Notes under the pieces: generated by a model | The model's database searches: none | Told to the model about the DNA's origin: nothing | Seen by the model: the letters and a program-made list of their open reading frames with translations, nothing else | Source: Blepharisma stoltei ATCC 30299 | Taxonomy: Eukaryota; Protista; Ciliophora | DNA length: 64,000 nt | Direction of reading: 5' to 3' | NCBI GenBank assembly: GCA_965603825.1 | Contig: CBFDEM010000024.1 | Location: 1 to 64,000, forward strand | Program-made: the position numbers and the translations under genes | Shown: piece after piece, positions 63,545 through 64,000 of the stretch | Layout of the letters: each line of letters opens with the position of its first letter | How positions within the stretch are numbered: position 1 is the first letter of the stretch

Positions 63545-64000
63545 TTAATTTATATTAAGAAACGCTTCTTTTAGCCACGGATGGCTGAGCGCGTCCTTTA
63601 TACTCAGCCTTCCTTGTGGATCAACCACCAGCAGTTTCGCAATAAAATCAAATGCCTGAGCACTGATTTCTTCTCTTCTTTTTTTATATCTTCCGTCAAT
63701 TATTTTCTTAGAAATTTCAGGCTGCCGATTTCCGTCAAATGGTAGCACCCTATGGAGCAAGTAGTAGGCGACCACTCCGACAGCCCAAGAATCATTTTTC
63801 GGTCCAAATTTTCCATCAAAACTTTCAGGAGAGGTAAAATGCTGCATACCATTATATTGAGAAATTTTCCTTTTATTGTGTGGTTTAGTGGTTTCAGCTC
63901 TCGTGAAATCGACTAATTTTACTTGGTTTTCTGCCAATTTTATATTTTCCAAATTAATTTTCAAATGCACATATTCTTTTTCATGCAAATAGTCTAAAGC
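63545..64000 (-). CDS. CAMK/CDPK-like kinase C-lobe, partial (runs off window), probably a pseudokinase
   Basis: SPE, D.WAVGV, PFDG, A.DFI.KLL..DP..R.S...AL.HPWL; HRD is replaced by HLK and DFG by DFT. Confidence 0.85.
   Translation of the reverse strand, partial: ALDYLHEKEYVHLKINLENIKLAENQVKLVDFTRAETTKPHNKRKISQYNGMQHFTSPESFDGKFGPKNDSWAVGVVAYYLLHRVLPFDGNRQPEISKKIIDGRYKKRREEISAQAFDFIAKLLVVDPQGRLSIKDALSHPWLKEAFLNIN

Overview
Left end of a ciliate macronuclear chromosome, almost certainly from the heterotrich Blepharisma. Three features point there: a ~1.7 kb (CCCTAACA)n telomere, UGA read as Trp (stops are TAA/TAG only), and 15-16 nt GT..AG introns. The supplied ORF track uses the standard code and therefore fragments most genes; I rejoined them by hand with TGA=Trp. 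The first ~17 kb is a subtelomeric, fast-evolving zone. It holds repeat-domain genes (TPR, B-box/coiled-coil/Kelch, Kelch-TPR, pentapeptide-WD40), frameshifted copies, a decayed PMCA Ca2+-pump and a minisatellite-disrupted UBA gene. From ~18 kb the region is gene-dense housekeeping DNA: OST4, Cache-HAMP sensor, RPT4, 2-PGK-like, DHHC, Rab2-like, DHX37, FtsX-type permease, PI synthase, ZC2HC1, SH3 protein, CNBD channel, VPS13, COG3, PP2A-A, DHODH-like, tRNA-Thr, rhodanese-like and a kinase. The standout is an intact 595-aa ORF (12135-13922) in which 13 TPRs are fused in frame to a complete ciliate-type histone H2B. Also notable: a DUF3050 (heme-oxygenase-like) protein fused to a degenerate truncated globin, a DHODH that has lost its catalytic motifs, and a 22-bp repeat whose copy number selects an acidic, basic or truncated C-terminus. 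All family calls are by-eye motif recognition, not database searches.
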